Shown: positions 1 to 7,762, numbered from the stretch's first letter. The stretch: 12,679 nucleotides of DNA from Candidatus Methylomirabilia bacterium (GCA_046758965.1 JBHIBG010000080.1:1-12679); one strand, 5' to 3'. Numbers and translations are program-made. Notes: a model not told the origin generated them from the letters alone.

Positions 1-142
1 CTCACAGGCATCAAGAGAGCTTGCACACGTGGTACGCACACTGTTCGGTTTAGACAGCACAGGAAATGGTCCTAAGTCTCGCGCCGTTGCGCCCAAGAGC
101 AGGGGTAGAAAGGGCGAGACAGTGCCCAAAGACGATACACGC

Positions 143-1489
143 TCAGGCTCTGCGCAGACGGAAGGCGGTGAAGCCGTCGGTGCCGTGGTGGTGAGGGAGA
201 CATCGGAGCACCCCCGAGAGCTCGGGCTCGATCGGAAAGCCAGCGGGCGGGTCGACTCCCCACTCGGGGTGGGCGGCGAGGAAGGGAAGGACGACCCCTT
301 CGTTCTCCTCGGGCTCCAGGGAGCAGGTGGCGTACACGAGGACTCCCCCGGGGCGGACCATGGCTGCCGCGGCGTCCAGGATCCGGCGCTGGGTGGCGGC
401 GAGGGCGTTGAACTGAGCCTCCGTGCGCTGCCACTTCACGTCGGGGCGCCGGCGGATCACACCGAGGTTGGAGCAGGGCGCATCGACCAGGACCCGGTCA
501 CAGCGCTCCTTGAACTTGGGGGCTAAGGCCTCCACACGCCCGCCGTGGCACTCCACGTTGCCGAGGCCGAGGCGGGCTGCGGCCTTCGACACGAGCTTGA
601 GCCGAGCCGCGTGCTGATCAATGGCGATCACCCGCCGCTGGTTTCCCATGAGTTCGGCCAGATGGGTGGTCTTTGTCCCCGGAGCAGCGCAGACATCCGC
701 CACGGTTTCGCCGGCCCTGGGTGCCAGAAGGTGCCCTATCAAAATCGAGGCCTCGTCCTGGAGCGTGAACCATCCCTCCTTGAACGCCTTGAACCGAAAC
801 GCCGGCCCGGCGTCCTTCAACACCAGCGCGTCGGGCGCATAGGAGGTGGGCCAGGATACGATCTCTTCCTCCTGAGCCAACCGTTCGGACAGCGCCGTGA
901 GAGAGCATCTGAGCGGGTTGACGCGGACGGTAACTCGGGGCCGCTCGTCGAGCGACGTCATGAGCCTTTCCGCCTCGTCACGGCCGAGCCGCTGGGCCCA
1001 GCGCCGGGCAAGCCAGGAGGGGAAGGCGAGAGACGTGGCGCCGGCCTCCACAGGATCGCTTGGGAGCGGCGGGAGGCTTTCGCCGCTTCGGGTGAAAGAG
1101 CGCAGGACGGCGTTCACGAAGGATGCGGTCTGCCCCTGGCCGCGCCGCTTTGCCAGCGCGACCGCCTCGTCAACCGCAGCCCAGGCCGGCACCTTCTGGA
1201 GGAGCCGGAGCTGGTACGCCGTGAGGCGCAGGAGGTTTCTCACCCAGGGATCGAGTCGCTCGAGCTTCCGGTGGGAGTGAGGCGCCAGGAGCCAGTCAAG
1301 CCGCCGCTGCCAGCGAAGGGTGCCATAGACCAGTTCCGTCGCGAGTGCCCGGTCTCTGGTGGGCAACTGAGCCCGCTCCAGAGCTGCCTCGAGGGCGAGG
1401 TCCGCAAAAGCTCGATCTTCCTCGACGCGGCAGAGGATTCTCAAGGCCTCGACGCGAGCCGGAGAGACGGGGGCCCTGGGCTGACTCAC
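143..1489 (-). CDS. rsmB: 16S rRNA m5C967 methyltransferase RsmB (Sun/Fmu), with N-terminal NusB-like domain
   Basis: 448-aa ORF. N-terminal RDRALATELVYGTLRW and SFVNAVLR are NusB-like. It has QDEAS, the SAM-binding DVCAAPGTKT, and the two catalytic Cys motifs VLVDAPCS and YATCS. GTG start overlaps the fmt stop (GTGA, 1486-1489). Typical def-fmt-rsmB order. Confidence 0.96.
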   Translation of the reverse strand: MSQPRAPVSPARVEALRILCRVEEDRAFADLALEAALERAQLPTRDRALATELVYGTLRWQRRLDWLLAPHSHRKLERLDPWVRNLLRLTAYQLRLLQKVPAWAAVDEAVALAKRRGQGQTASFVNAVLRSFTRSGESLPPLPSDPVEAGATSLAFPSWLARRWAQRLGRDEAERLMTSLDERPRVTVRVNPLRCSLTALSERLAQEEEIVSWPTSYAPDALVLKDAGPAFRFKAFKEGWFTLQDEASILIGHLLAPRAGETVADVCAAPGTKTTHLAELMGNQRRVIAIDQHAARLKLVSKAAARLGLGNVECHGGRVEALAPKFKERCDRVLVDAPCSNLGVIRRRPDVKWQRTEAQFNALAATQRRILDAAAAMVRPGGVLVYATCSLEPEENEGVVLPFLAAHPEWGVDPPAGFPIEPELSGVLRCLPHHHGTDGFTAFRLRRA

Positions 1490-2418
1490 GCTGTCGGCCC
1501 TCCGAGCCGCGCGCCGGCCGTGAGGCGGCCCCCCCGCAGGAACTCCTCCCAGCTCATGGCTCGGCGGCTCTCAGGTTGGACCTCGCGGGGCAGGAGCAGC
1601 CCCTCTCCCGTAGCGACGGCGAGGGCTCCTCCTCTCGATTGCACCAGCGTCCCCGGAGCCATGCCGGAAGGCTCGGCGAGTGCCCTGGCCCGCCGGATGA
1701 GAAGCCGCCCGGCAGGAGTTCCGCTCACCGCTCCGGGCCAGGGGGTGCACCCTCGGATCCGGTTCACCAGAGCGTGCGCGGGCTCCCTCCAGTCCAAGGT
1801 GCCGTCTTCCTTCTTGAGACGTGGCGCCAGCGTGGCGTCCTCGTTGCGTTGAGGGATCGGGATCAGCCGGTCCAGCTCGGCGAGCGTTCTCGAGAGGAGG
1901 TCAGCACCGAGCCTCGAGAGCCGGGAGGCGAGGTCACCCGCTGTCTCCTCGGGGTCGATCAAGACGCGTTCCTGGAGGAGGATCGGCCCGGTGTCCATCC
2001 CTTCATTCATCAGGAAGGTGGTGAGTCCGGTCTCGCTCTCCCCCCGGATCAGCGCCCAGCCGACGGGCGCAGCCCCGCGGTACCGGGGGAGGAGTGAGGC
2101 GTGAACATTGATCGAGCCACGGCCGGGGACCTCGAGCACCGTCGGCGGGAGAATCTGGCCGAACGCGACCACGACGCCCACCTCAGGAGCGAAGGCGCGA
2201 AGCCGATCGGGCCACTCCGAGTCCCGGAGGCGCCGCGGTTGAAGCACCGGAACTCCGGCGCGCTCCGCCCTGACCTTCACCGGCGGGGGGTTCAGCTTCT
2301 GCCCACGCCCCGCGGGCCGGTCGGGTTGGGTCACGACCGCTACCACCTCATGCTCGATGAGCAGCGCTTCGAGCGTGGGTAGCGCGAAGTCGGGCGTCCC
2401 GTAAAACAACACCTTCAC
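1486..2418 (-). CDS. fmt: Methionyl-tRNA formyltransferase
   Basis: 310 aa. Motifs FYGTPDFA, VVTQPDRPAGRG, INVHASLLPRYRGAAP and MDTGPIL. Lies downstream of def. GTG start at 2418. Confidence 0.97.
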   Translation of the reverse strand: MKVLFYGTPDFALPTLEALLIEHEVVAVVTQPDRPAGRGQKLNPPPVKVRAERAGVPVLQPRRLRDSEWPDRLRAFAPEVGVVVAFGQILPPTVLEVPGRGSINVHASLLPRYRGAAPVGWALIRGESETGLTTFLMNEGMDTGPILLQERVLIDPEETAGDLASRLSRLGADLLSRTLAELDRLIPIPQRNEDATLAPRLKKEDGTLDWREPAHALVNRIRGCTPWPGAVSGTPAGRLLIRRARALAEPSGMAPGTLVQSRGGALAVATGEGLLLPREVQPESRRAMSWEEFLRGGRLTAGARLGGPTA

Positions 2419-2435
2419 GGCTTAGCGTCCGTTTG

Positions 2436-2527
2436 TTCCCGGGGGAGGCAGCCCCCGAAGCGCCGAGCGACGCGAGGGAGCGGCTCTGCCGCGGGGCGTC
2501 GGCAGGAGGGCGCAGCCCCCGTCCGAG
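2436..2527. repeat. Palindromic intergenic element (REP/MITE-like) with several stem-loops and a 10-bp direct repeat
   Basis: Hairpin CGGGGG-AGGCAG-CCCCCG at 2440-2457. Inverted pairs CGACGC/GCGTCG (2468-2473/2496-2501), GCGG/CCGC (2480-2483/2489-2492) and CTGCCG/CGGCAG (2486-2491/2500-2505). GCAGCCCCCG occurs at 2448-2457 and 2512-2521. Membership of a repeat family is inferred, not shown. Confidence 0.55.
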
Positions 2528-2528
2528 G

Positions 2529-3047
2529 TCAAAGTGCGAAGGCGTGGTGGGGAACTTGATCCGGGAGCCCTTCCTTCTTGATCTTCCGCTTGATTCGGTC
2601 GCGGGCGACCTTGTCGAGCCGATCAATAAACAGAATCCCGTCCAAGTGGTCCACCTCGTGCTGGATCACCCGAGCTTGGAGCCCCCGGGCCTGAAATTTC
2701 AGCGGGTGACCGTCATCATCCAGGGCCTCCAGCTCCACCCACTCAGCCCGCTCCACGGGGGCGAAGATCCCCGGAATGGAGAGGCACCCCTCTTCAGCCA
2801 CGGCCCGGCCACCCTGGGCGGTGATGGCGGGGTTGATGAGAGCCCGGGGACTGGCCCCCTGTTCGTCGTTCACGACGACGACCCGAAGGGAGATTCCCAG
2901 CTGCGGCGCGGCCAGCCCGATCCCGATCTGATCGTACATGGTCTCTACCATGTCGGCGATGAGCTGCTTGATCTCCGGGGTGATGGCAGAGACCGGCTCT
3001 GCCTTCCTCCGAAGCCCCGGATCTCCGTACCGCCTGACGGTCAGCAT
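2529..3047 (-). CDS. def: Peptide deformylase
   Basis: 172 aa with all three PDF motifs: GIGLAAPQ, EGCLS and HEVDH. Basic C-terminal segment RDRIKRKIKK. Confidence 0.97.
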   Translation of the reverse strand: MLTVRRYGDPGLRRKAEPVSAITPEIKQLIADMVETMYDQIGIGLAAPQLGISLRVVVVNDEQGASPRALINPAITAQGGRAVAEEGCLSIPGIFAPVERAEWVELEALDDDGHPLKFQARGLQARVIQHEVDHLDGILFIDRLDKVARDRIKRKIKKEGLPDQVPHHAFAL

Positions 3048-3068
3048 AGCCAGGACGAGCCGGCCCTT

Positions 3069-4910
3069 TCAGCCCAGTTCCAGCGGATCCATCTCTACTT
3101 CTACCATGTCCCGGCGAGCGCGCGACCGATCGAGGAGGGGAGCGAGCACCGGCCGAATCCGCTCAGGAAGATCGCCCCCACCCCTGACCATGATCCGCCA
3201 GCGGGAGCTCCGGGCTTTACTTCCGGCCGACGCTGGCGGAAAGACCGTGAGGCCCCCGAGGCGGTCCAGCTCTCTCCAGCACTCCTGAGCCAGCCTCGTT
3301 GTCTGAGCGGCGTGCCGACCACGCACGATGAGCAGGCAGAGTCGGCGGAAGGGGGGGTAGCCCAGCTCAGCGCGGAACCTGAGCTCGGGCTTGTAGAAGT
3401 CGCCGAGCGCCTGGGCCGCCACGGCGCGGATGGCATAATGCTCCGGGTGCTGGGTCTGGACGACCAGCTTGCCACGACCTCCCAGCCGCTCGGCGGCGGC
3501 CCAGAGGAGCGAGAAGGCGCGCTCCCCCGCCCTGAAGTCCGGGAGCCTCAGGAGGTGATCGGGGGTGATGACGCCGACGAGCCTGAGCCCACCCGGATCG
3601 AGCGCCTTGAGAGCCGGGCGCGTGCCGATGATGAGCCGCACAGCCCGATCGCGCCACTGTCGGCTGAGCTGTCGAGCCTGAGCCGGGGTGAGCGCCTCGC
3701 TGTCGTACCTGGCGACGGTGAGGGCCGGGAAGGCCTGCCTGACCACCTGCTCCACCCGCTCGGCTCCCCACCCGAGGGGCGCAAGCTGGCGTCCCCGGCA
3801 ATGCGCGCAGGTATCGGGCGCCCGTTCAGGGTGCCCGCAGAGGCGGCAGGGCCACTCCCGCCTCACTCGCGAATACGCCAGCGGGATCCCGCAGTCGGAG
3901 CAGCGGAAGACGAAGCCACACTCCCCGCACGCCAGGGATGAGGAGACGCGGGTGACGAGGAGGAAGACCTGGCTCCCCCGGCCCAGCGCCTGCCGAATCT
4001 CACGCCGGAGCACGGGAGAGAGCGGATTGCTCCGAAGCCCGCCGCGGACGTCCACCACGGACACTTCCGGCCACGCGAGCGGAGGGGCCTCGGCCCGAAT
4101 CAGAAAGCCGCTGTCAGCCTGCCACCAGCTCTCCACGCTGGGGGTGGCCGAGGTCAGGATGACCGCCCTCCGTTCCTGGCGGCTGCGTTTCAGCACCACT
4201 TCCCGGGAGTGGATGCGGGGGTGACCCGGAGGCCTGTGGGCTGGTTCATGCTCATCGAGGAGGATCAGCATCGCTCCCGCCGGGACCGGAGCCAGGAGCG
4301 CCGATCGGGTCCCGACGGCAACGCGCGCCGACCCCCTGGCCAGCGCCATCCACCCGCGCCACCGCTCGGCTAGAGCCCGGCCGCTGTCCAGGCGCACCAC
4401 GGGCCCTCGGAGGTGCTGGGCGAGTCGCTCGGCCCACGCTCTCGCGGACTCGACCTCAGGGGCCAGAAGAAGGAGCCCGCGGGCTTCGCCTTCTTCGGCG
4501 GCCCGCTTCAGAAGACGTTCCTCCTGACCGCTCCCGATCAAAAGCTCGGGGGGCGGAGCCTCCCGCGCCACCCCGCTGGACGGCGTGGAGAATTCGGCGG
4601 CGGCGGGCCGGGACACGGCTGGCGGGAGCAGGGCCGCGCAGGTGGAGCCCAGGCTCGAGTAGCTCTGAGAGGCGATCCATCGGGCGAGGCCGAGCTGGGC
4701 GGGGCCGAGAATGGCTCCCGGTTCAACGACGCCCTCCAGGGGCTTGACCTCCCTCCCGGTCTCCTCCAGGCAGGCGATAACAAGACCGACTCTCAGCTTC
4801 CCTCGAAGGCGGGCTCGGACCCGCTGGCCCACCACCACCGAGAGATCCGGCGGAACTCGGTAGGAGAAGGGCCGGTCGCGCGGGAGGTCGAAGACGACGT
4901 CAGCGATCAA
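3069..4910 (-). CDS. priA: Primosomal protein N' (PriA), with degenerate helicase motifs (probable pseudohelicase)
   Basis: 613 aa. N-terminal 3'-binding-like domain (FSYRVP...VGQRVR...ALLPP), VGTRSALLAP, SATPS, four CxxC pairs (CGEC, CSDC, CRLC, CAHC), LPDFRAGER, VQTQHPEH, R..LGYPPF and C-terminal EMDP. TTG start at 4910 overlaps the udg stop by 11 bp. Sits directly upstream of def, as in the usual priA-def-fmt-rsmB order. Confidence 0.92.
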   Translation of the reverse strand: MIADVVFDLPRDRPFSYRVPPDLSVVVGQRVRARLRGKLRVGLVIACLEETGREVKPLEGVVEPGAILGPAQLGLARWIASQSYSSLGSTCAALLPPAVSRPAAAEFSTPSSGVAREAPPPELLIGSGQEERLLKRAAEEGEARGLLLLAPEVESARAWAERLAQHLRGPVVRLDSGRALAERWRGWMALARGSARVAVGTRSALLAPVPAGAMLILLDEHEPAHRPPGHPRIHSREVVLKRSRQERRAVILTSATPSVESWWQADSGFLIRAEAPPLAWPEVSVVDVRGGLRSNPLSPVLRREIRQALGRGSQVFLLVTRVSSSLACGECGFVFRCSDCGIPLAYSRVRREWPCRLCGHPERAPDTCAHCRGRQLAPLGWGAERVEQVVRQAFPALTVARYDSEALTPAQARQLSRQWRDRAVRLIIGTRPALKALDPGGLRLVGVITPDHLLRLPDFRAGERAFSLLWAAAERLGGRGKLVVQTQHPEHYAIRAVAAQALGDFYKPELRFRAELGYPPFRRLCLLIVRGRHAAQTTRLAQECWRELDRLGGLTVFPPASAGSKARSSRWRIMVRGGGDLPERIRPVLAPLLDRSRARRDMVEVEMDPLELG

Positions 4911-5601
4911 CGATCGAATTCCGGCTGGAGAGGCGATCGTGCTCCCGTCTGGCGAGCTTCAGGTCCTCCCAGGCCAGCCGCTTATACTCAGGCCCAGGGT
5001 TTCTCAGGAGGAAAGCCGGGTGGAAGGTGGGGATGAGGAGCATCGAGCCGTACGGATGGACACGCCCTCTGAGCTTGCCGATCGGCTCCCTCGTCTTGAG
5101 GAGCGCCTGCGCCGCGAAGCTCCCCAACGCCAGGATCACCTTGGGCTGGATGGCACCAAGCTGGCCGATGAGGAACGGCTCACACGAGGAGATCTCGTCG
5201 GGCTCGGGGTTCCTGTTGCCGGGAGGTCTGCACTTGACAATATTCGAGATATACACCTCGTCGCGCCTGAACCCCACTGACTGAAGCATCCGGGTCAGGA
5301 GCTGGCCGGCGCGCCCGACGAAGGGCTTCCCCTGCATGTCCTCCTCGGCGCCCGGGGCTTCGCCGATCACGACCAGCTCGGCATTCGGGTTCCCCGTTCC
5401 GAAGACGATCGTCGAGCGGCTCTGACAGAGCTTGCACCGGGTACACCCGTCGAGCCTCCGCTCCAGATCGCTGAGGGCGTCGACAGGCCCGGGGAGGTAA
5501 TCCCTCGAGAGCGGAATATCGGTTATCCCCATGGCGCGGTAGAAGCGGAGCGAGTCGGCAAGGGCGCGGAGGGCTTGAGCCAGCGCCTCCGCTTCCCTCA
5601 T
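4900..5601 (-). CDS. Uracil-DNA glycosylase, family 4 ([4Fe-4S] type)
   Basis: 233 aa. Fe-S ligand Cys in [12 protein letters not shown] and SSCEPF. Motif [16 protein letters not shown] and motif [12 protein letters not shown] overlaps the coaBC stop (ATGA, 5598-5601). Confidence 0.93.
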   Translation of the reverse strand: MREAEALAQALRALADSLRFYRAMGITDIPLSRDYLPGPVDALSDLERRLDGCTRCKLCQSRSTIVFGTGNPNAELVVIGEAPGAEEDMQGKPFVGRAGQLLTRMLQSVGFRRDEVYISNIVKCRPPGNRNPEPDEISSCEPFLIGQLGAIQPKVILALGSFAAQALLKTREPIGKLRGRVHPYGSMLLIPTFHPAFLLRNPGPEYKRLAWEDLKLARREHDRLSSRNSIVDR

Positions 5602-6824
5602 CGGGTAAGAACCCGGGTGGGACGAGCGGCCCGGAGGGAGAGGACCCGATCCAGGATCGCATGCGCCACCTGGAGCTTCGGCATCCGCGGAAGCTCCTGG
5701 GCGCCGCCCCAGCGGTCCAGGAGAAGCACCTGGTTGTCGTCAGACTCGAAGCCGACGCCCGCGAGGCTCACATCGTTGGCCACGAGCAGGTCGATTCCCT
5801 TGGCTTCCAGCTTCTCCCTGGCGTTGGCCGGGACATCGGAGATCTCAGCGGCGAACCCCACCACGAAAGTTTCCCCCTTCTTCGCCACGACCTCCTGGAG
5901 AATGTCCCGGGTGGGGACGAGAGGGATCGTGAGCCCCTCATGCTTGGACCGGATCTTTGTGGCGCTGGGGCGCGCGGGCCGGTAGTCGGCGACGGCGGCA
6001 GCCTTGATCACGATGCTGACGGAGGGGAGGTGGTGGAGTACGGCCTCGCGCATCTCCTCGGCAGTCTTGACCGGCACGAAGACGACTCCGGGAGGCGGCG
6101 TCAACGCCGTTGGACCGGAGACCAGAACGACCTGTGCTCCTCGCCGGAGCGCGGCGAGGGCGAGGGCGTATCCCATCTTCCCCGAGGAGCGATTGGACAG
6201 ATATCGGACTGGATCAACGGGCTCCCGGGTGGGGCCGGCGCTCACCAGAATCCGCTCGCCGGTCAGGTCCTTGACCGGCGTCAGGATCCGGTGGAGCAGT
6301 TCCAGGATCGTGTCGACCTCGGGGAGCCGCCCCTTACCGATGAGCCCTGAGGCCAAACCCCCGCTTTCGGGCTCCAGCACAATCACCCCGCGCGCTCGGA
6401 GGGTAGCCACATTCGCCTGCACCGTCGCGTGCTCCCACATCCCGCTGTCCATGGCCGGTGCCATGAGCACGGGCCCGCGGTAGGCGAGCAGGACCGTGGT
6501 GAGGGGTTCGTCAGCGATCCCGTGGGTGGTCTTCGCGAGGATATTCGCGGTGGCCGGCACCACCAGGAGCGCGGCGGCCCGCTCGGCCAGGGCGACGTGC
6601 TCCACCGCAGCCTCGGTCTGGGGATCGAAGAGGTCGGTCAGGACCGGCCGCCTCGAGAGGGCTCGCCAGGTCAAAGGCCCGACGAACCTCGCCGCGTGTT
6701 CGGTGAGGACGACCGTCACACCGGCGCCCAGGCGGACAAGCTCCCGGAGGAGATACGCCGCCTTGTAAGCGGCGATCGATCCGCTGACGCCGAGGATGAG
6801 TTCCTTGCCGGCCAGCGAGGTCAC
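5598..6824 (-). CDS. coaBC: Bifunctional phosphopantothenoylcysteine decarboxylase / phosphopantothenate-cysteine ligase CoaBC (Dfp)
   Basis: 408 aa. CoaC part: GVSGSIAAYKA, EHVALA, PATANILAK. CoaB part: SAGPTREPVDPVRYLSNRSSGKMG, AAVADY, VGFAAE, ANDV. GTG overlaps the rpoZ stop (GTGA, 6821-6824). Confidence 0.96.
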   Translation of the reverse strand: MTSLAGKELILGVSGSIAAYKAAYLLRELVRLGAGVTVVLTEHAARFVGPLTWRALSRRPVLTDLFDPQTEAAVEHVALAERAAALLVVPATANILAKTTHGIADEPLTTVLLAYRGPVLMAPAMDSGMWEHATVQANVATLRARGVIVLEPESGGLASGLIGKGRLPEVDTILELLHRILTPVKDLTGERILVSAGPTREPVDPVRYLSNRSSGKMGYALALAALRRGAQVVLVSGPTALTPPPGVVFVPVKTAEEMREAVLHHLPSVSIVIKAAAVADYRPARPSATKIRSKHEGLTIPLVPTRDILQEVVAKKGETFVVGFAAEISDVPANAREKLEAKGIDLLVANDVSLAGVGFESDDNQVLLLDRWGGAQELPRMPKLQVAHAILDRVLSLRAARPTRVLTR

Positions 6825-7030
6825 TGCTCTTCACTCTGATCCTTTATCCGGTATCCCACCTTGGCCTCGGCGACCTCCACCAGGGCCACGCTGGTGACTT
6901 TCTTCTGCTTCAGCTCTATGTGCGGGGCGGCCCCGCGGTTGAGCTGGCGCGCCCGCTTGGCCGAAAGCACCACCAGGAGATACCGGTTCGGGACTTGCTG
7001 AAGGGCCTTTTCGAGGGAAGGAAACGCCAT
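6821..7030 (-). CDS. rpoZ: RNA polymerase omega subunit
   Basis: NRYLLVVLSAKRARQL and K.TSVALVEV motifs, located between gmk and coaBC. Start reassigned from 7060 to the ATG at 7030 (69 aa), which follows AGGAGG overlapping the gmk TAG stop. Confidence 0.94.
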   Translation of the reverse strand: MAFPSLEKALQQVPNRYLLVVLSAKRARQLNRGAAPHIELKQKKVTSVALVEVAEAKVGYRIKDQSEEQ

Positions 7031-7043
7031 CTCTCTTACCCTC

Positions 7044-7658
7044 CTATTCAGGAATCTCAAAGCCTGGGAGCGCGAGCGAGAGGCGGCCGGTACGCAGCCG
7101 CTCCGCCTGAATGATGACGGTGAGCTGATCCACCGCCTCCTTCAACTCCCGGTTGACGATAAGGTAATCATACGTCCGCCAGGCGGCGACCTCTTCCCGA
7201 GCGCGCGCCAGGCGGCGGGCAATCTCGCGGGGAGCGTCGGACTTCCGCTCCCTGAGCCGCTGCTCCAGCTCCTTCATCGAGGGGGCGACGACGAAAACCA
7301 GCGAGGCCTGCGGGTAGCGGACCCGCAGCTGGCGCGCGCCCTGGGTATCAATGTCCAGCAGGATGTCCTGCCCCTTCTCCAGCACCTGCTCCAGGAGAAG
7401 CGCCGAGGTGCCGTAGAAGTTGCCATGGACCACCGCCCACTCGGCGAACTCGTTCCGATCGATCATCTCCCGGAAGACCGTCTCGGAGACGAAGTGGAAG
7501 TCCATACCGTCCACCTCACCCAGCCGAGGAGCCCGCGTTGTGTAGGAGACTGAGTAGGCGAGATCGGGTACCAGGGAGCGCACCTCCCGGCACAGCGTGG
7601 TCTTCCCTGCCCCAGAGGGGGCCGACACCACCACGAGGGCTCCTCGCCGCCTAGTCAC
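7044..7658 (-). CDS. gmk: Guanylate kinase
   Basis: 204 aa. P-loop SAPSGAGKTT, SYTTRAPR.GEVDG.DFHF, EWAVVHGNFYGT, LDIDTQGA and YDYLIVN. Confidence 0.97.
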   Translation of the reverse strand: MTRRRGALVVVSAPSGAGKTTLCREVRSLVPDLAYSVSYTTRAPRLGEVDGMDFHFVSETVFREMIDRNEFAEWAVVHGNFYGTSALLLEQVLEKGQDILLDIDTQGARQLRVRYPQASLVFVVAPSMKELEQRLRERKSDAPREIARRLARAREEVAAWRTYDYLIVNRELKEAVDQLTVIIQAERLRTGRLSLALPGFEIPE

Positions 7659-7762
7659 GGACCGGGTTCCGATCCCGAGAGGCCAGCCGCCAGGCTAGCG
7701 TTGCCGGCTCGAGCCCAGCCGTCTCTCCCTCATGTCGCCCGGACTGTTCAGGGCCGCGTCCG

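Noticed and set aside
30..45. Possible sigma54 promoter TGGTACG-N4-CTGT on the plus strand
   Set aside because: It lacks the invariant GC at -12 and points antisense into rsmB.
40..130. Possible c-di-GMP-I riboswitch (GGGCGCAA and CTAAACC-like words on the minus strand)
   Set aside because: The GGCAAA and GNRA-tetraloop P2 elements are absent and the spacing does not fit.
545..1852. 435-aa plus-strand ORF, and the other plus-strand or alternate-frame ORFs in the track
   Set aside because: All overlap well-supported minus-strand genes, and many have low-complexity Arg/Pro/Gly/Ala-rich translations with no family motifs.
2433..3941. 502-aa plus-strand ORF
   Set aside because: Antisense to def and priA, TTG start, no recognisable motifs. 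Long shadow ORFs are expected opposite GC-rich genes.
3069..4910. priA as a pseudogene
   Set aside because: No frameshift or internal stop. Losses are concentrated in the ATPase motifs while all 8 Zn-binding Cys and the C-terminal motifs are kept, which fits selective retention better than decay.
6348..6350. Selenocysteine at the CoaC catalytic position (TGA visible on the plus strand)
   Set aside because: The gene is on the minus strand, where the codon is TCA (Ser).
7031..7060. Longer rpoZ N-terminus (start 7060)
   Set aside because: Lies partly inside gmk. The ATG at 7030 has a strong AGGAGG RBS and gives a typical MAF/MAR-type start.
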